A stretch of DNA of 64,000 nucleotides from Chiloscyllium plagiosum. Its lineage: Eukaryota. This document shows positions 26,601 to 38,214 of this stretch, one piece after another. The position numbers and the translations under genes are program-made. Within the stretch, counting starts at the first letter, position 1. Every line of letters begins with the position of its first letter. The notes beneath the pieces are model-generated. The model was given only the letters and a program-made list of their open reading frames with translations, had not been told where the DNA came from and made no database searches. Location: positions 3,620,811-3,684,810 of the forward strand of contig NC_057757.1 in assembly GCF_004010195.1 (NCBI RefSeq), written 5' to 3'.

Positions 26601-26960
26601 TTCCTCAAATGCAGGAATGGGCATTAAACATACTGGTTTTATCACTGCCTGAGTTTTTCCAATTGCTTGAAATGTATGACATCCTGTGAAGTTCAATCAC
26701 ATCCTTAACCTCCAGGCCAATAAGAAATGTTTTTGTATTTGGCTTGGGTTCCCCTTACTCCCAAATGACCTCCTACCGGTAATTCACCTGCTATCCACTA
26801 CACCTCCTTTCTATAACCTGCCAGTAATACAAGCTGCTGAATTTCTGCCCACTTCCCATCTGCCTGAATATGTGATGGTCTCCATTTCCTCAGCAAGACT
26901 TCATTTTTAAAACAGTAGCATTCTGCGGTACACTCAGATTCTGTATTCTATATTCTATTC
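23668..26960 (-). mobile_element. Ty3/Gypsy LTR retrotransposon remnant, Gmr1-type order INT-RT-RH-LTR
   Basis: On the minus strand: integrase (CHTFQ..GK, RVLVDCVGPLSKT, ~26900-26100), RT (YMDD, VTFLG, ~25800-25050), RNase H (KPFKVAIDVSD, ~24850), then LTR 24269-23668 with TG...CA ends. Confidence 0.8.
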
Positions 26961-29771
26961 CCTGGTGAATGAAGACTAGCATCCCGTATACCTTGTCAAC
27001 CATCCTATCTACCTGTGCTAACAGCTTCGGGGATCCATGGACTTGTACACCATATCCATATGCCTGCCTTTTCCCTGTGACGCTTGATTCGCCGACAGAT
27101 CAAGGATCGTTCTCTCATACAGATCAGCTCCATACCTTAGCTTGCCCTCTCTCTATGGATGCCACCTGATCTGTTTTTATTTCCAGCATTTTTTGCTTTC
27201 GGTACAGATTCCTGCATCTGCAGTAATTAGCTCCAAAAAGTATCTATCTCTCTCAGTCTTAAATATACACAAGGACTCTATTCTCACAGCTCTCACTGTG
27301 GCTATGCCGTCCTGTTCACTGCACAGAAAATAAATCTCAATTTCTCTTTTCTTACCTCAGCTAGGTGTGTGCTAACTACATTTGCCAATTTGGGAGATTA
27401 TCAGTCCTTGTCTTATTACCATTACCCGATTTGTGTAGCAACCAAACTTTTACATCAGCTGCCAATCCATTATCATTATCTATTCTTTGACACTCTTATT
27501 TACCTTATGTTGAATTTAGATTTTAACATATTATGATGTTCCTTATTCTAAATTCTATTGTCAACCTCAGTTATTTTTACTTTGTACAGGGGATGTGGGG
27601 ATCACTGACTATTTATGGCCCATATCTAACATCTCCAGTGAAGGTGGTGCTGTGCTGATCAGATTCACTGCTGTTTCTGCATCTACCGGCGCGCACTTTT
27701 TGTTAATCACTTGCAGGATGTGCTCATCGCTGGTTCGGTATTTATTGCCTGTTCCCAGTTGCTCCTTCATAAAGTGTGAGGGTGAGTGCCTTCTTTAACT
27801 GCTGCAGTTCATGTGATGTCGATAGACCCACAACGTCTTTAGGGAGGGAGTTCCAGGATTTTGACCCAGTGACAGTGAAGGAACGGCGATATATTTCCAA
27901 GTTAGGATGGTGAGTGGCTTTGAGGTGAACGTGCAGGTGTTGGTGTTCTCATGTATCTGTTGCTGTTGTCCATCTGGTTGGTAGAGGTTGTGGGTTTGGA
28001 AGGTGCTGTCTAAGGACCTTTGTTTGATGTTCTACAGCGTATCTTGTAGATGGTACACACTGCTGATACTGAGCAACAGTGGTGGAAGGAGGGGATAAGA
28101 CTGTAAGATGATAAGACATGGGACCATAAGTTAGGCCATTCAGCCCATCAAGGCTGATAAGTTTCTCAACATCATTCTCCCTGTAACCTTTGATCCACTT
28201 GACAATCTGGAACCTATCTACCTCCATCTTAAATATACTCAATGACCTAGCCTCCACAGCCTTCTGTGGCAGTGAATTCCATAGAGTCCCCACTCTCTGG
28301 CTGAAGACATTTCTCCTTATCCCCTTCTAAAAGTCAGAGCGAAATTGAGAAACAAACTTGCAAGGAGATCTCAACTACTTGTAAGAATAATAGATTGGTT
28401 ATGGTAGGGGATTTTAACTTTCCAAACATAGACTGGGACTGCCATAGTGTTAAGGGTTTAGATGGAGAGGAATTTGTTAAGTGTGTACAAGAATATTTTC
28501 TGATTCAGTATGTGGACGTACCTACTAGAGAAGATGCAAAACTTGACCTACTCTTGGGAAATAAGGCAAGGCAGGTGATTGGGGTGCCACTGGGGGAGCA
28601 TTTTGGGGCCAGCGACCATAATTCTATTAGATTTAAAATAGTGATGGAAAAGGATAGACCAGATCTAAAAGTTGAAGTTCTAAATTGGAGGAAGACTAAT
28701 TTTGACGGAATAAGGCAAGCACTTTCAAAAGCTGACTGGGGGCAGATATTCGCTAGTAAAGGGACGGCTGGAAAATGGGAAGCCTTCAGAAATAAGATAA
28801 CGAGAATCCAGAGAAAATATATTCCTGTCAGGGTGAAAGGAAAGACTGGTAGGTATAGGGAATGCTGGTTGACTAAAGAAATTGAGGGTTTGTTAAGAAA
28901 AAGAAGGAAGCATATGTAAGGTATAGATAGGAGAGATCGAGTTAAGTCCTTAGAAGAGTATAAAGGCAGTAGGAGTATACTTAAGAGAGAAATCAGGAGG
29001 GCAAAAAAGGGACTTTGGCAAATAGAATTAAGGAGAATCCAAAGAGTTTTTACAAATACATTAAGGACAAAAGGTTAACTAGGGAGAGAATAGGATACCT
29101 CAAAGATCAGCAAGACGGCCTTTGTGTGGAGCCGCAGAAAATGGGGGAGATACTAAATGAGAATTTTGCATCAGTATTTACTGTGGAAAAGGATATGGAA
29201 GATATAGACTGTAGGGAAATAGATGGTGACATCTTGCAAAATGTTCATATTACAGCGGAGGAAGTGCCGAATGTCTTGAAATGCATAAACGTGGATAAAT
29301 CCCCAGGACCTGATCAGGTGTACCCTCGAACTCTGTGGGAAGCTAGAGAAGTAATTGCTGGGCCTCTTGCTGAGATACTTGTATCATAGATAGTCACAAG
29401 TGAGGTGCCAGAAGACTGGAGGTTGGCAAATGTGGTGCCACTGTTTAAGAAGGGCGGTAAGGACAAACCAGAGAACTACAGACCAGTGAGCCTGACATCG
29501 GTGGTGGGCAAGTTGTTGGAGGGAATCCTAAGGGATAGGATGTACATGTATTTGGAAAGGCAAGGACAGATTATGGATAGTTAACATGGCTTTGTGTGTG
29601 GGAAATCATGTCGCACAAACTTGATTGAGTTTTTTCAAGAAGTAACAAAGAGGATTAATGAGGGCAGAGTGGTAGATGCGATCTATATGGACTTTAGTAA
29701 GGCGTTCATCAAGGTTCCCCATGGGATACTGGTTAGCAAGATTAGATCTCACAGAATACAGGGAGAGCTGA

Positions 29772-30092
29772 GGGCGGCTCGGTGGCTCAGTGGTTAGCAC
29801 TGCTGCCTCACAGCACCAGGGTCCCAGGTTCGATTCCAGCCTGGGGTGACTGTCTGTGTGGAGATTGCACGTTCTCTCCGTGTCTGGGTGGGTTTCCTCT
29901 GGATGCTCCGGTTTCTTCCCTGAGTCCAAAGATGTGTAGTTCAGGTGAATTGGCCATGCTAAATTGCCCATAGTGTCAGGTGCATTAGTCAGAGGGAAAT
30001 GGGTCTGGGTGGGTTACTCTTTGGAGGGTCAGTATAGACAGTTTGGGCTGAAGGGCCTGTTTCCACACTGTAGGGAATCAAATCTAAAAAAA
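29772..30092 (+). mobile_element. HE1-like tRNA SINE, near full length
   Basis: A box tggctcagtgg, B box ggttcgattcc, CR1-like 3' end gaagggcctgtttcc. Confidence 0.85.
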
Positions 30093-30649
30093 CTAGCCAT
30101 TTGGATACAGAACTGGCTCAAAGGTGATGGTGGAGGGTTGTTTTTCAGACTGGAGGCCTGTGACTAGTGGAGTGTCACAAAGACTGGTGCTGAGTCCATT
30201 ACTTTTTTGTAATTTACATAAATTATTTGGATGCGAGCATCAGAGGTACAGTTAGTAAGTTTGCAGATAACACCAGAATTGGAGGTGTAGTTGACAGTGA
30301 AGAGGGTTACCTCAGATTACAACAGGATCTTGATCAGGTGGGCCAATGGGCTGAGAAATGGCAGATGGAGTTTAATTCAGATAAATGTGAGGTGCTGTTT
30401 TTTGGGAAAGCAAATCTTAGCAGGACTTATACACTTAATGGTAAGGTCCTAGGGAGTGTTACTGAACAAAGAGACCTTGGAGTGCAGGTTCATAGCTCCT
30501 TGAAAGTGGAGTCACAGATAGATAGGATAGTGAAGAAGGTGTTTGGTATGCTTTCTTTTATTGATCAGAGTATTGAGTACAGGAGTTAGGAGCTGAAAAT
30601 GTGTTGCTGGAAAAGTGCAGCAGGTCAGGCAGCATCCAAGGAGCAGGAG

Positions 30650-30684
30650 AATCGACGTTTCGGGCACGAGCCCTTCTTCAGGAA
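30650..30684 (-). ncRNA. Minimal hammerhead ribozyme motif in a Penelope-derived tail
   Basis: Minus strand ttc-CTGAAGA-a-gggc-tcgt-gccc-GAAAC-GTC-gatt: full core, 4-bp stem II, palindromic ACGT stem III. Confidence 0.65.
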
Positions 30685-30689
30685 CTATT

Positions 30690-30867
30690 GGTGGCACGGT
30701 GGCTCAGTGGTTAGCACTGCTGCCCCAAGACACCAGGGTCCCAGGTTCAATTCCAATCTCAGATGACAGTCTGTGTGGAGTTTGCACATTTTGTGGGCGG
30801 CATGGTGGCACAGTGGTTAGCACTGCTGCCTCACAGCGCCAGAGACCCGGGTTCAATTCCCACCTCA
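30690..30867 (+). mobile_element. Two tandem HE1-like SINE 5' heads
   Basis: ggcac/tggtggc(t/a)cagtggttagcactgctgcc...ggttcaattcc occurs twice and runs into the gap. Confidence 0.75.
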
Positions 30868-30974
30868 NNNNNNNNNNNNNNNNNNNNNNNNNNNNNNNNN
30901 NNNNNNNNNNNNNNNNNNNNNNNNNNNNNNNNNNNNNNNNNNNNNNNNNNNNNNNNNNNNNNNNNNNNNNNNNN
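30868..30974. other. Assembly gap
   Basis: Run of N. Confidence 1.
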
Positions 30975-31389
30975 CAGGACATTGGTTAGGCCACTGTTGG
31001 AATATTGTATGCAATTCTGGACTCCTTCCAATCGGAAAGATGTTGTGAAACTTGAAAGGGTTCAGAAAAGATTTACAAGCATGTTGCCAGGGTTGGAGGA
31101 TTTGAGCTATAGGGAGAGGCTGAATAGGCTGGGGCTGTTTTCCCTGGAGTGTTGGAGGCTGAGGGGTGACCTTATAGAGGTTTACAAAGTTATGAGGGGC
31201 ATGGATAGGATAAATAGACAAAGTCTTTTCCCTGGATTCGGGGAGTCCAGAACTAGAGGGAATAGGTTTAGCGTGAGAGGGGAAAGATATAAAAGAGACC
31301 TATGGGACAATGTTTTCACAAAAAGGGTGGTACGTGTATGGAATGAACTGCCAGAGGATGTGGTGGAAGCTGGTACAATTGCAACAATT

Positions 31390-32290
31390 GCTCTGTCCCC
31401 TCACTCTCTTGAATTTCTAGGATGTTACTCGTGTCTTCCACCGTGAAGACTGACATGAAGTAATTGTTCAGATCTCCAGCCATTTCCTTGTTCCCCACTC
31501 TTATCTCTCCAGCGGCAATTTTCAGTGGCTCAATGTCCAATTGTGCCTCTCTTTCACCCTGTATATATCTAAAGAAGCTCTTACAGTCTTTTTTTGAATA
31601 TTACTGGCTAGCTTACCCTCATATTTAAACTTCTCCCTCCTTATTTCTTTTTTCATTGCCTCTGTTAGTCTGTGTAAGCTTCCCAACCCTCTGTGTTTCC
31701 CACTGCCCTTCACCACATTATATGCTTTCTCTTTTGTTGTCATGCTGTCCCTAACCTCATCCTCCCTGTACCATGCTTCTTTTTCCTCTGCTGTGTCTCC
31801 TGAATTACTCCCAGAAGACCCTGCCATTGCTGTTCCACTGCCTTTCCTGCTGGGTTCCTCTCCCAGTCAGTTCTACCCAGCTCCTCCCTCAGGCCTCTGG
31901 AGTTGCCTTTACTCAGCTGTAATACTGTTACCTCTGATTTTATCTTCTCCCTCTCACATTGCAGAGTAAAGGCGATCACATTATGGTCACTGCCTCCTAA
32001 GGGTTCCTTCACCTTACGCTCCCTTATCAATCTGCCTCATTGCACAACACTAAATCCAGTATCGCCTGTTCCCTCGTGGGCTCCACCACAAGCTGCTCCA
32101 TGAATCCATCTCGTAGACATTCCACAAAATTCCTTTCTTGAAATCCACTACCAACCTGATTTTCCCAGTCCACCTGCATACAGAAATCCCCCATGATCAC
32201 TGTAACTTTGCCTCTCCTACCCATCCTTTCTATTTCCTGGTGCATCTTGTGTCCCAGCTCTGGACTACTGTTTGGAGATCTGTACATAAC
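31390..32290 (-). mobile_element. CR1 LINE (different subfamily), endonuclease/tether region; inverted paralogue of 55980-56910
   Basis: YRSPNS, IMGDF, PTREQAILDLVLCNE, EPLGGSDHN. Confidence 0.85.
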
Positions 32291-33819
32291 ATGACAGAGT
32301 CAGGGATGGGGAGATGAGAGGAAGAGTAGGACAGAGACAGGAGAGGAATGGGAAAGGAGAGACGGAGAGAAGGACAGAAGCAGAGAGAGGGAGGGAAAGA
32401 CAGGGGCAGGGACAAGAGAGGAGAGAGGGAGAGAAGCATGAGGGCGGACAGAGGGAGAGGACAGGGCTGGGAATGAGGGAAGAGAGAAGGACAGGAATTA
32501 CAAGGGAGAAGGTGAAATGTCAGACAGAGACAAACAATATTTAAGGCAGGGACACACTGAAGGGGTGTTACTTGAATATTCCAGTTGATCCCAGCTCTCT
32601 CTCTCTCTCTCTCGATGGTTTCTCACACTCCCTCTCTCCCATCAGGGACAAACCCTGCTCCTGGGGTTTGCTTCAGCCTGGGAATGTATCGGTGTATCTT
32701 TATGTTTGTGTGTATCTCTGTGTCTGTGCCTGTCCAATGGGGTCTTTGTTGGTTTGTGGGATGGATTTCCCCTCCCTCTCTCTCTTTCTCCATCTGTCGC
32801 TCATGTTTAAAACGATACAATGCTACCCTCTGCAGGGCTAACTGCGCAGCTGCACAAGAAGCAGATTTTGCTTTCGAGAAAACATCAGTCTGTGAGTTTC
32901 TCACATTGCACATTAGTTTCGTTCTTCTAAGAATGTCAGTGGAGACACAGAGCAGTTTTACCCGTTCCTTGTGATGTTGTCCCGGAGATATGAGGTGAAG
33001 GAGATGGACTTGCCCAGTGTTGGTCTCATCCCCTCAATCTCTGAATCCTTTCTCACTTGGAATTTGTGAGAGTACATCAGAAAACATTGTAAGCTGCAGA
33101 AAGTGCAATTAAATTCTCCCTGTCTCCTCACGGAATGGTTCACTCAGCGGTGCCTGGATACAATTGCAGTGGAAAACACTCCATTGAATGTGAATAATGT
33201 CAGGAATACTGCTCAAAGACAAATCATTTCCACATTGCAGAGAAGCAAACCATTTCTCCACGACCATGTTCCATGCTGATGGGCCTCAGTCCAATTGAAA
33301 ACTTTTCCTCACTGACCTTATGAGTGTATGTGCCAGTCTGTGTGTGTGTGTATGTCATTCTGTGTGTGTGTTGATGGGTGCTGACATTTTGGATGGTGCT
33401 GTGAGCTGCTGCCCTCCCTCACTGAAGCTTTGAGAACTTCCTCCATCTGTCGCCCAACCCCCTCATACAATGGCATGGGCTGGCCAACACAAGGCAGCAT
33501 TGTATCACTTTCGACACAAAGGGCTTCATTCCATGATACTGACTCATCATTCCATGATGGACAATTTCAATTTGGGATTGCATTAGAATAGCAGCCCACT
33601 GGAATTCAGCAGCTTGATATCATATGTATCGTACACTTGTTATCATATGTATGTTTTACTTATTCGTAATGTGAGGAATTCATGCAACAGAGAGTTTACT
33701 GCATTTCTGAATTTCACCCTGAACTCAAACAATGTTGCTTCGTGAATAAATATTTGCTGGGTGGGTTCTGATAATGTCATGTAATCACCTGACAATTTCT
33801 CACATCGAAACAGCTCATA

Positions 33820-34159
33820 NNNNNNNNNNNNNNNNNNNNNNNNNNNNNNNNNNNNNNNNNNNNNNNNNNNNNNNNNNNNNNNNNNNNNNNNNNNNNNNNN
33901 NNNNNNNNNNNNNNNNNNNNNNNNNNNNNNNNNNNNNNNNNNNNNNNNNNNNNNNNNNNNNNNNNNNNNNNNNNNNNNNNNNNNNNNNNNNNNNNNNNNN
34001 NNNNNNNNNNNNNNNNNNNNNNNNNNNNNNNNNNNNNNNNNNNNNNNNNNNNNNNNNNNNNNNNNNNNNNNNNNNNNNNNNNNNNNNNNNNNNNNNNNNN
34101 NNNNNNNNNNNNNNNNNNNNNNNNNNNNNNNNNNNNNNNNNNNNNNNNNNNNNNNNNNN
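33820..34159. other. Assembly gap (paralogous sequence is about 53961-54536)
   Basis: Run of N; both flanks match the right arm in reverse. Confidence 1.
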
Positions 34160-34362
34160 GCCACTCACCATCCTGATTTGGAAATGTATCATCATTCCAT
34201 CCATGTGAAAGCCAGCTCAGCAGTACCTTCTCAAGGGGCAATTAGGGATGGGGAATAAATACTGACTCCGTCAGCGATACCCACACCCCACGAGTGAAGC
34301 AAAGAAAATCATTTCATGGTCTGGAAACAATAGGACCCTCCTGCCGGCTTCACTGTGGAGTT

Positions 34363-35255
34363 TTATTTATTCACAACACAAGGAATTCGTGTAACCAGGT
34401 ATTTTACTGCATTACTGATCTTCGCTCTGAATTGGGACAATGTTGCTGCATAAATAAATGTGTTCGTGCAACAGCTTAATCTCTTCAGCATGAGTCCAAC
34501 TGCACTGAAGTGGACCAGAAAAGGCGGGTAATTGTCAAGATTGATTCCTTGAATGGCATAATATAAGAAATCTACAACAAAGAGGAGGATGAAGCTCCAA
34601 GAGATGGTGAAGAGTAAAATCACAGCCTTCCTTCTGCTCTCCATCTCTGGGTCTCTGCAATTCTCTCCTTTGCTCTCACCCCTCAGCCTCTTCCGGACTC
34701 GACTGGTCACTAAAATGTGTCTGACTGTCAGAGCATTGAGCAACAGAATTGAAGCGAATGGCAGCAGAGGGGTCAAAATTGTATCAAGCCAATCTAATAT
34801 CACCCACCAAGTCTCAGTGAAGTAACTTAACTTTGTTTTACAGTAGAATGGCACACTGTTGATTATCATCACAGGATCAAATTGAAAATAGAAAGGGATG
34901 TTTTTCAGACAGAACAGTGTGCAGGTTGTTGCCAGAACCACAGTTGCAGTTTTTTCAGTGCAATATTTTGTTCTCAGCTTCTGACAACAAATGGTCACAA
35001 ATCGGTCAAAGGAGAAAGTGACAGTGAACCAGACAGAGCAGTCCATGGCAACACGACTCAGCAAGCCCGTAACACTACACACAGGAGTGATTTCTAGGAA
35101 AGATCGTGGGTAATAATAATAGGAAAATCTCTTCAGGATAATATCAGTGATAATGACCATCAGATCGGCAGCTGCCATAACCACCAAGTAGTTAGTAGTG
35201 CAAGGAGAAATACCGCATTTTCCCTGAGAAAGGATTGTAATTGCCAGCAAATTAA
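34363..35255 (-). CDS. GPR139/142-like GPCR B1 exon 2
   Basis: Acceptor ctcccacag|ttaat gives IP-VNL. MAAADLMV, TPVC, SVWFTVTFSFDRFVTICC, PFYC, LNALTVR, CCTNTFIY; 893 nt with no stops. Confidence 0.92.
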
Positions 35256-35902
35256 CTGTGGGAGAGAAATGGGAAAAGAAGCTGTGAATTACTGATCACA
35301 AATTCACCCTGCCTGCTCCAGAGAGCAGCAATAAGATTTTTGCATCAAAAACCAGCACACTGTATAAGTGAAAGTGGTTAGGGGAGTGAGTTTGAATTTT
35401 AAGAGTTCCACATCACTTCACATTGTCCTCCAGCCCAATCACACCAAAGATTATTGAAGTTGGGGGGAGAGTGCGATCATATCGTCTCCTCAGAGACCAG
35501 AAGGAAGTCTATGATTTTGTTTGGTTGCAAGGTGATTAGTTGAATGATGTAATAGATCTGTCCAGTTCTCAGCTCCATCTCTGGTAAGCACAGAATCCCA
35601 TGAGAAACCTCAATCCTAGCTTAGTCTTAGGACTGGCGATTAGACAGTCAAGAAACCAAACTCTCCCCTTCTCCTTTGATCACCCTTGGGATTGGACAAA
35701 ATCCTGATTGGAGGCACAGCCGGATAGAAGATGGGTAAGATTTCAAAAAGAACTATTCCATATGTCTTACACAAGTGCAGTAGAATAGAGCATGCAAGGC
35801 TCCCTTATTAACAATGTATGAGTCTGAGGACTGCTGTGATATTTACCCTGTGAATCTATACATCTGTACATGATAAACATCTCAACATGCAGGGATCGGA
35901 TG

Positions 35903-37029
35903 TGCAATTTGTTAAGATTTGAATGTCCTGACCAGATGCAGTGAACAGGAGAGAATTTTGAGAAAGCATGAAAGTTACATGAACATGTTCAAATCAAAAC
36001 AGGTGCATATCCCTCAATTTCTTTACTTAACAGAAAAGAAATTATTTTAGATTTAAATTTAATACCTGATCCAGCATCCACTGCGGTTTGTGGAAGAGAT
36101 TTCCAAACCTCTCCCACCCTTTGTGTGTAGAAATGGTTCCTAACATCTTTCCTGAACACTCGGGACCTCATTCTAGAACTCTGCTCCCTCGTCATGCAAT
36201 CCCCAACCGGACAAAATAATTTACCATTTCCTGACTTTTCCTGTTAATATCATGTCGGACTTCACTCAGATGACTCCTTAGCCTTCAAAATTCTAGTGAA
36301 GACAGGCCTCACTTGCATGACAAAAACAGAAATTGCTCAGCAGGTCTGGCAGCATCTCTGGGAGAGAAAGCAGAGTTAATGTTTCAGGTCCAGTGACCCT
36401 TCTTCAGAACTGACATGCCTGATCTCTCCTCATACCTTCAAAACCCTATAAAACCGGAACAGATGAAAGAACGCTGAGGTCAGAAAATGATGCAGCAGCA
36501 GTAAAGTTGGGAGTCTCTGTCAGTGGAGAATTGTACTGAGAGTGCTGCTGAGTGAATTGCTCTCACTGTCCCGGTGTCTGGATAAGGCTGACCAGTCAGT
36601 GAGCTGGAGACATTATCGTTCAAATGGTAAAACCAGAGAATAGATCAGCAGCAGATTAAAACAAGTTCAATTATTATAACTGCATACCAGGTATGCCAAT
36701 AATGGCAAGGATGGTGTAGAACACCTTCTTCACGTGATCAATTGGTCGATGCATTTTTCTGTGTGAGGTGATCTGTCCCTTCAGGCAGCCGACAAACTCC
36801 TTGTTTGAAACTCTGAGCTGATGCAATCCCAGAGACACTGGCTTATACTGTGTGGAAGCTCCTTGGGGAGATCGAGGTGACAGCATTGCTCAGCTGTATT
36901 GCTGTTTTTCACATTTCTGTAAATGAACAAACAATTTATAATAACAAGTCTAATCCCAATGCTGAAGAATCACTGCTGCTCTCCTGTTCACTGCGTCTGG
37001 TCAGGACATTCAAATCTTAGCAAATTGCA
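35903..37029. repeat. 51-bp inverted repeat pair (35903-35953 / 36979-37029) enclosing B1 exon 1 and promoter
   Basis: tgcaatttgttaagatttgaatgtcctgaccagatgcagtgaacaggagag vs ctctcctgttcactgcgtctggtcaggacattcaaatcttagcaaattgca: 49/51 complementary. Confidence 0.9.
36688..36754 (-). CDS. GPCR B1 exon 1 (MHRPIDHVKKVFYTILAIIGIP)
   Basis: 67 nt, donor ctg|gtatgc, phase 1; with exon 2 gives 960 nt = 319 aa plus stop. An upstream in-frame ATG also exists at 36886. Confidence 0.85.
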
Positions 37030-37324
37030 TCAGGATGAAGTAACAAAAACAGAAACTGGAATCTGCCAGCAATAACGTTGTCCACTCACACACCATGAGC
37101 TCCATCCCAAGATCACAAATTGTTTCAACTGATGCTGCATCGAGACAGTTTATTCCAAGTGTGAAACTAGGTCTCAGAGCTGTCCTTCAGTACTCGAGGG
37201 TGGGAGCTGCCCTCTTTAAACAAGAACATTTCACTCACTGATTGAAATGTGATTTTTCTCACACACTGAATGTGCACATTATTGTGAGGTCAGCATTTAT
37301 TCCCCATCCCCAATTTCCCAGGAT

Positions 37325-37815
37325 CCGGAACAGATTTACAAGGATGTTGTCAATGTTGGAGAATTTGAGCTATAGGGAGAGGTTGAACAGACGGGCTGTT
37401 TTCTCTGGAATGTCGGAGGCTGAGGGGTGACCTTTTAGAGGTTTACAAAATCATGAGAGACATGGATAAGATAAACAGACAAGGTCTTTTCCCTGGGGTG
37501 GGGGAGTTCAGAACTAGATGGGACAGGTTTAGGGTGAGAGGGCAAGATATAAAAGAGACCTAAGGGGCAACCTTTTCACGTAGAGGGTGGTACGTAGATG
37601 GAATGCGCTGCCAGAGGAAGTGGTGGAGGCTGGTACAATTGCAATATTTAACAGGCATCTGAATGGGTATAAGAAAAGGAAGGGTTTGGAGGGATATAGG
37701 CCGGGTGCTGGCAGGTGGGATGAGATTGGGTTGGGTATCCGGTTGGCAATGACAAGTTGGACAAAAGGATCTGTTTCCATGTTGTACATCCCCATGACTC
37801 GATGACTCCATGACA
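37325..37815 (+). mobile_element. CR1 LINE 3' fragment; the right-arm paralogue is split by a Penelope insertion
   Basis: RFTRML..LENLSYRERLNR, WNALPEEVVEAG, atgactc tail. Confidence 0.85.
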
Positions 37816-38214
37816 TGAAGGACTAAGTGAGGAGAATATATTGCCTTTCCTGAGGGAGGGAACTCAGTGAACAGGATGGGCTTGGAATGATGGAGATACG
37901 GATGAGCATTTGAATTCCAAATTGGAATGGATTTTGATCTTCAGTGACTGTCATGTTCTGTGGGTGTCGAATCCACACCCACAGAACATGCAGCTCCAGC
38001 TCACACGAGGATCCGAATGCTAATATCACCGTGCCAGGGTCTGCACAGCTTGAAATTGGAATTGCAGGTTGTAACATAAACCTAATTCAGAGCCTCACAC
38101 TACTTCAACATCATAAACAGATTCACTTTCAGTATTCGTTGGAAGTAAAATTCAGGTAAACATAAAAACTGAATTAAAAGACATTGCATGATGTAAATTC
38201 CCAAATCAAAATGT

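Larger units (their letters stand above)
28333..31388 (+). mobile_element. CR1 LINE (endonuclease C-terminus through RT), interrupted by SINEs, a Penelope tail and a gap; 3' tail missing
   Basis: GDFNFPNIDW, LDLLL, SDHN (APE); DKSPGPD, DFSKAF, KFAD, QFW.P. Confidence 0.92.

Noticed and set aside
29772..29845. tRNA genes at the SINE heads
   Set aside because: The A/B boxes continue into SINE body and LINE-like tail in many diverged copies.
33643..34241. Long ORFs spanning N runs (also at 30.6-31.4 kb and 48.4-49.7 kb)
   Set aside because: Their length is an artefact of translating gaps.
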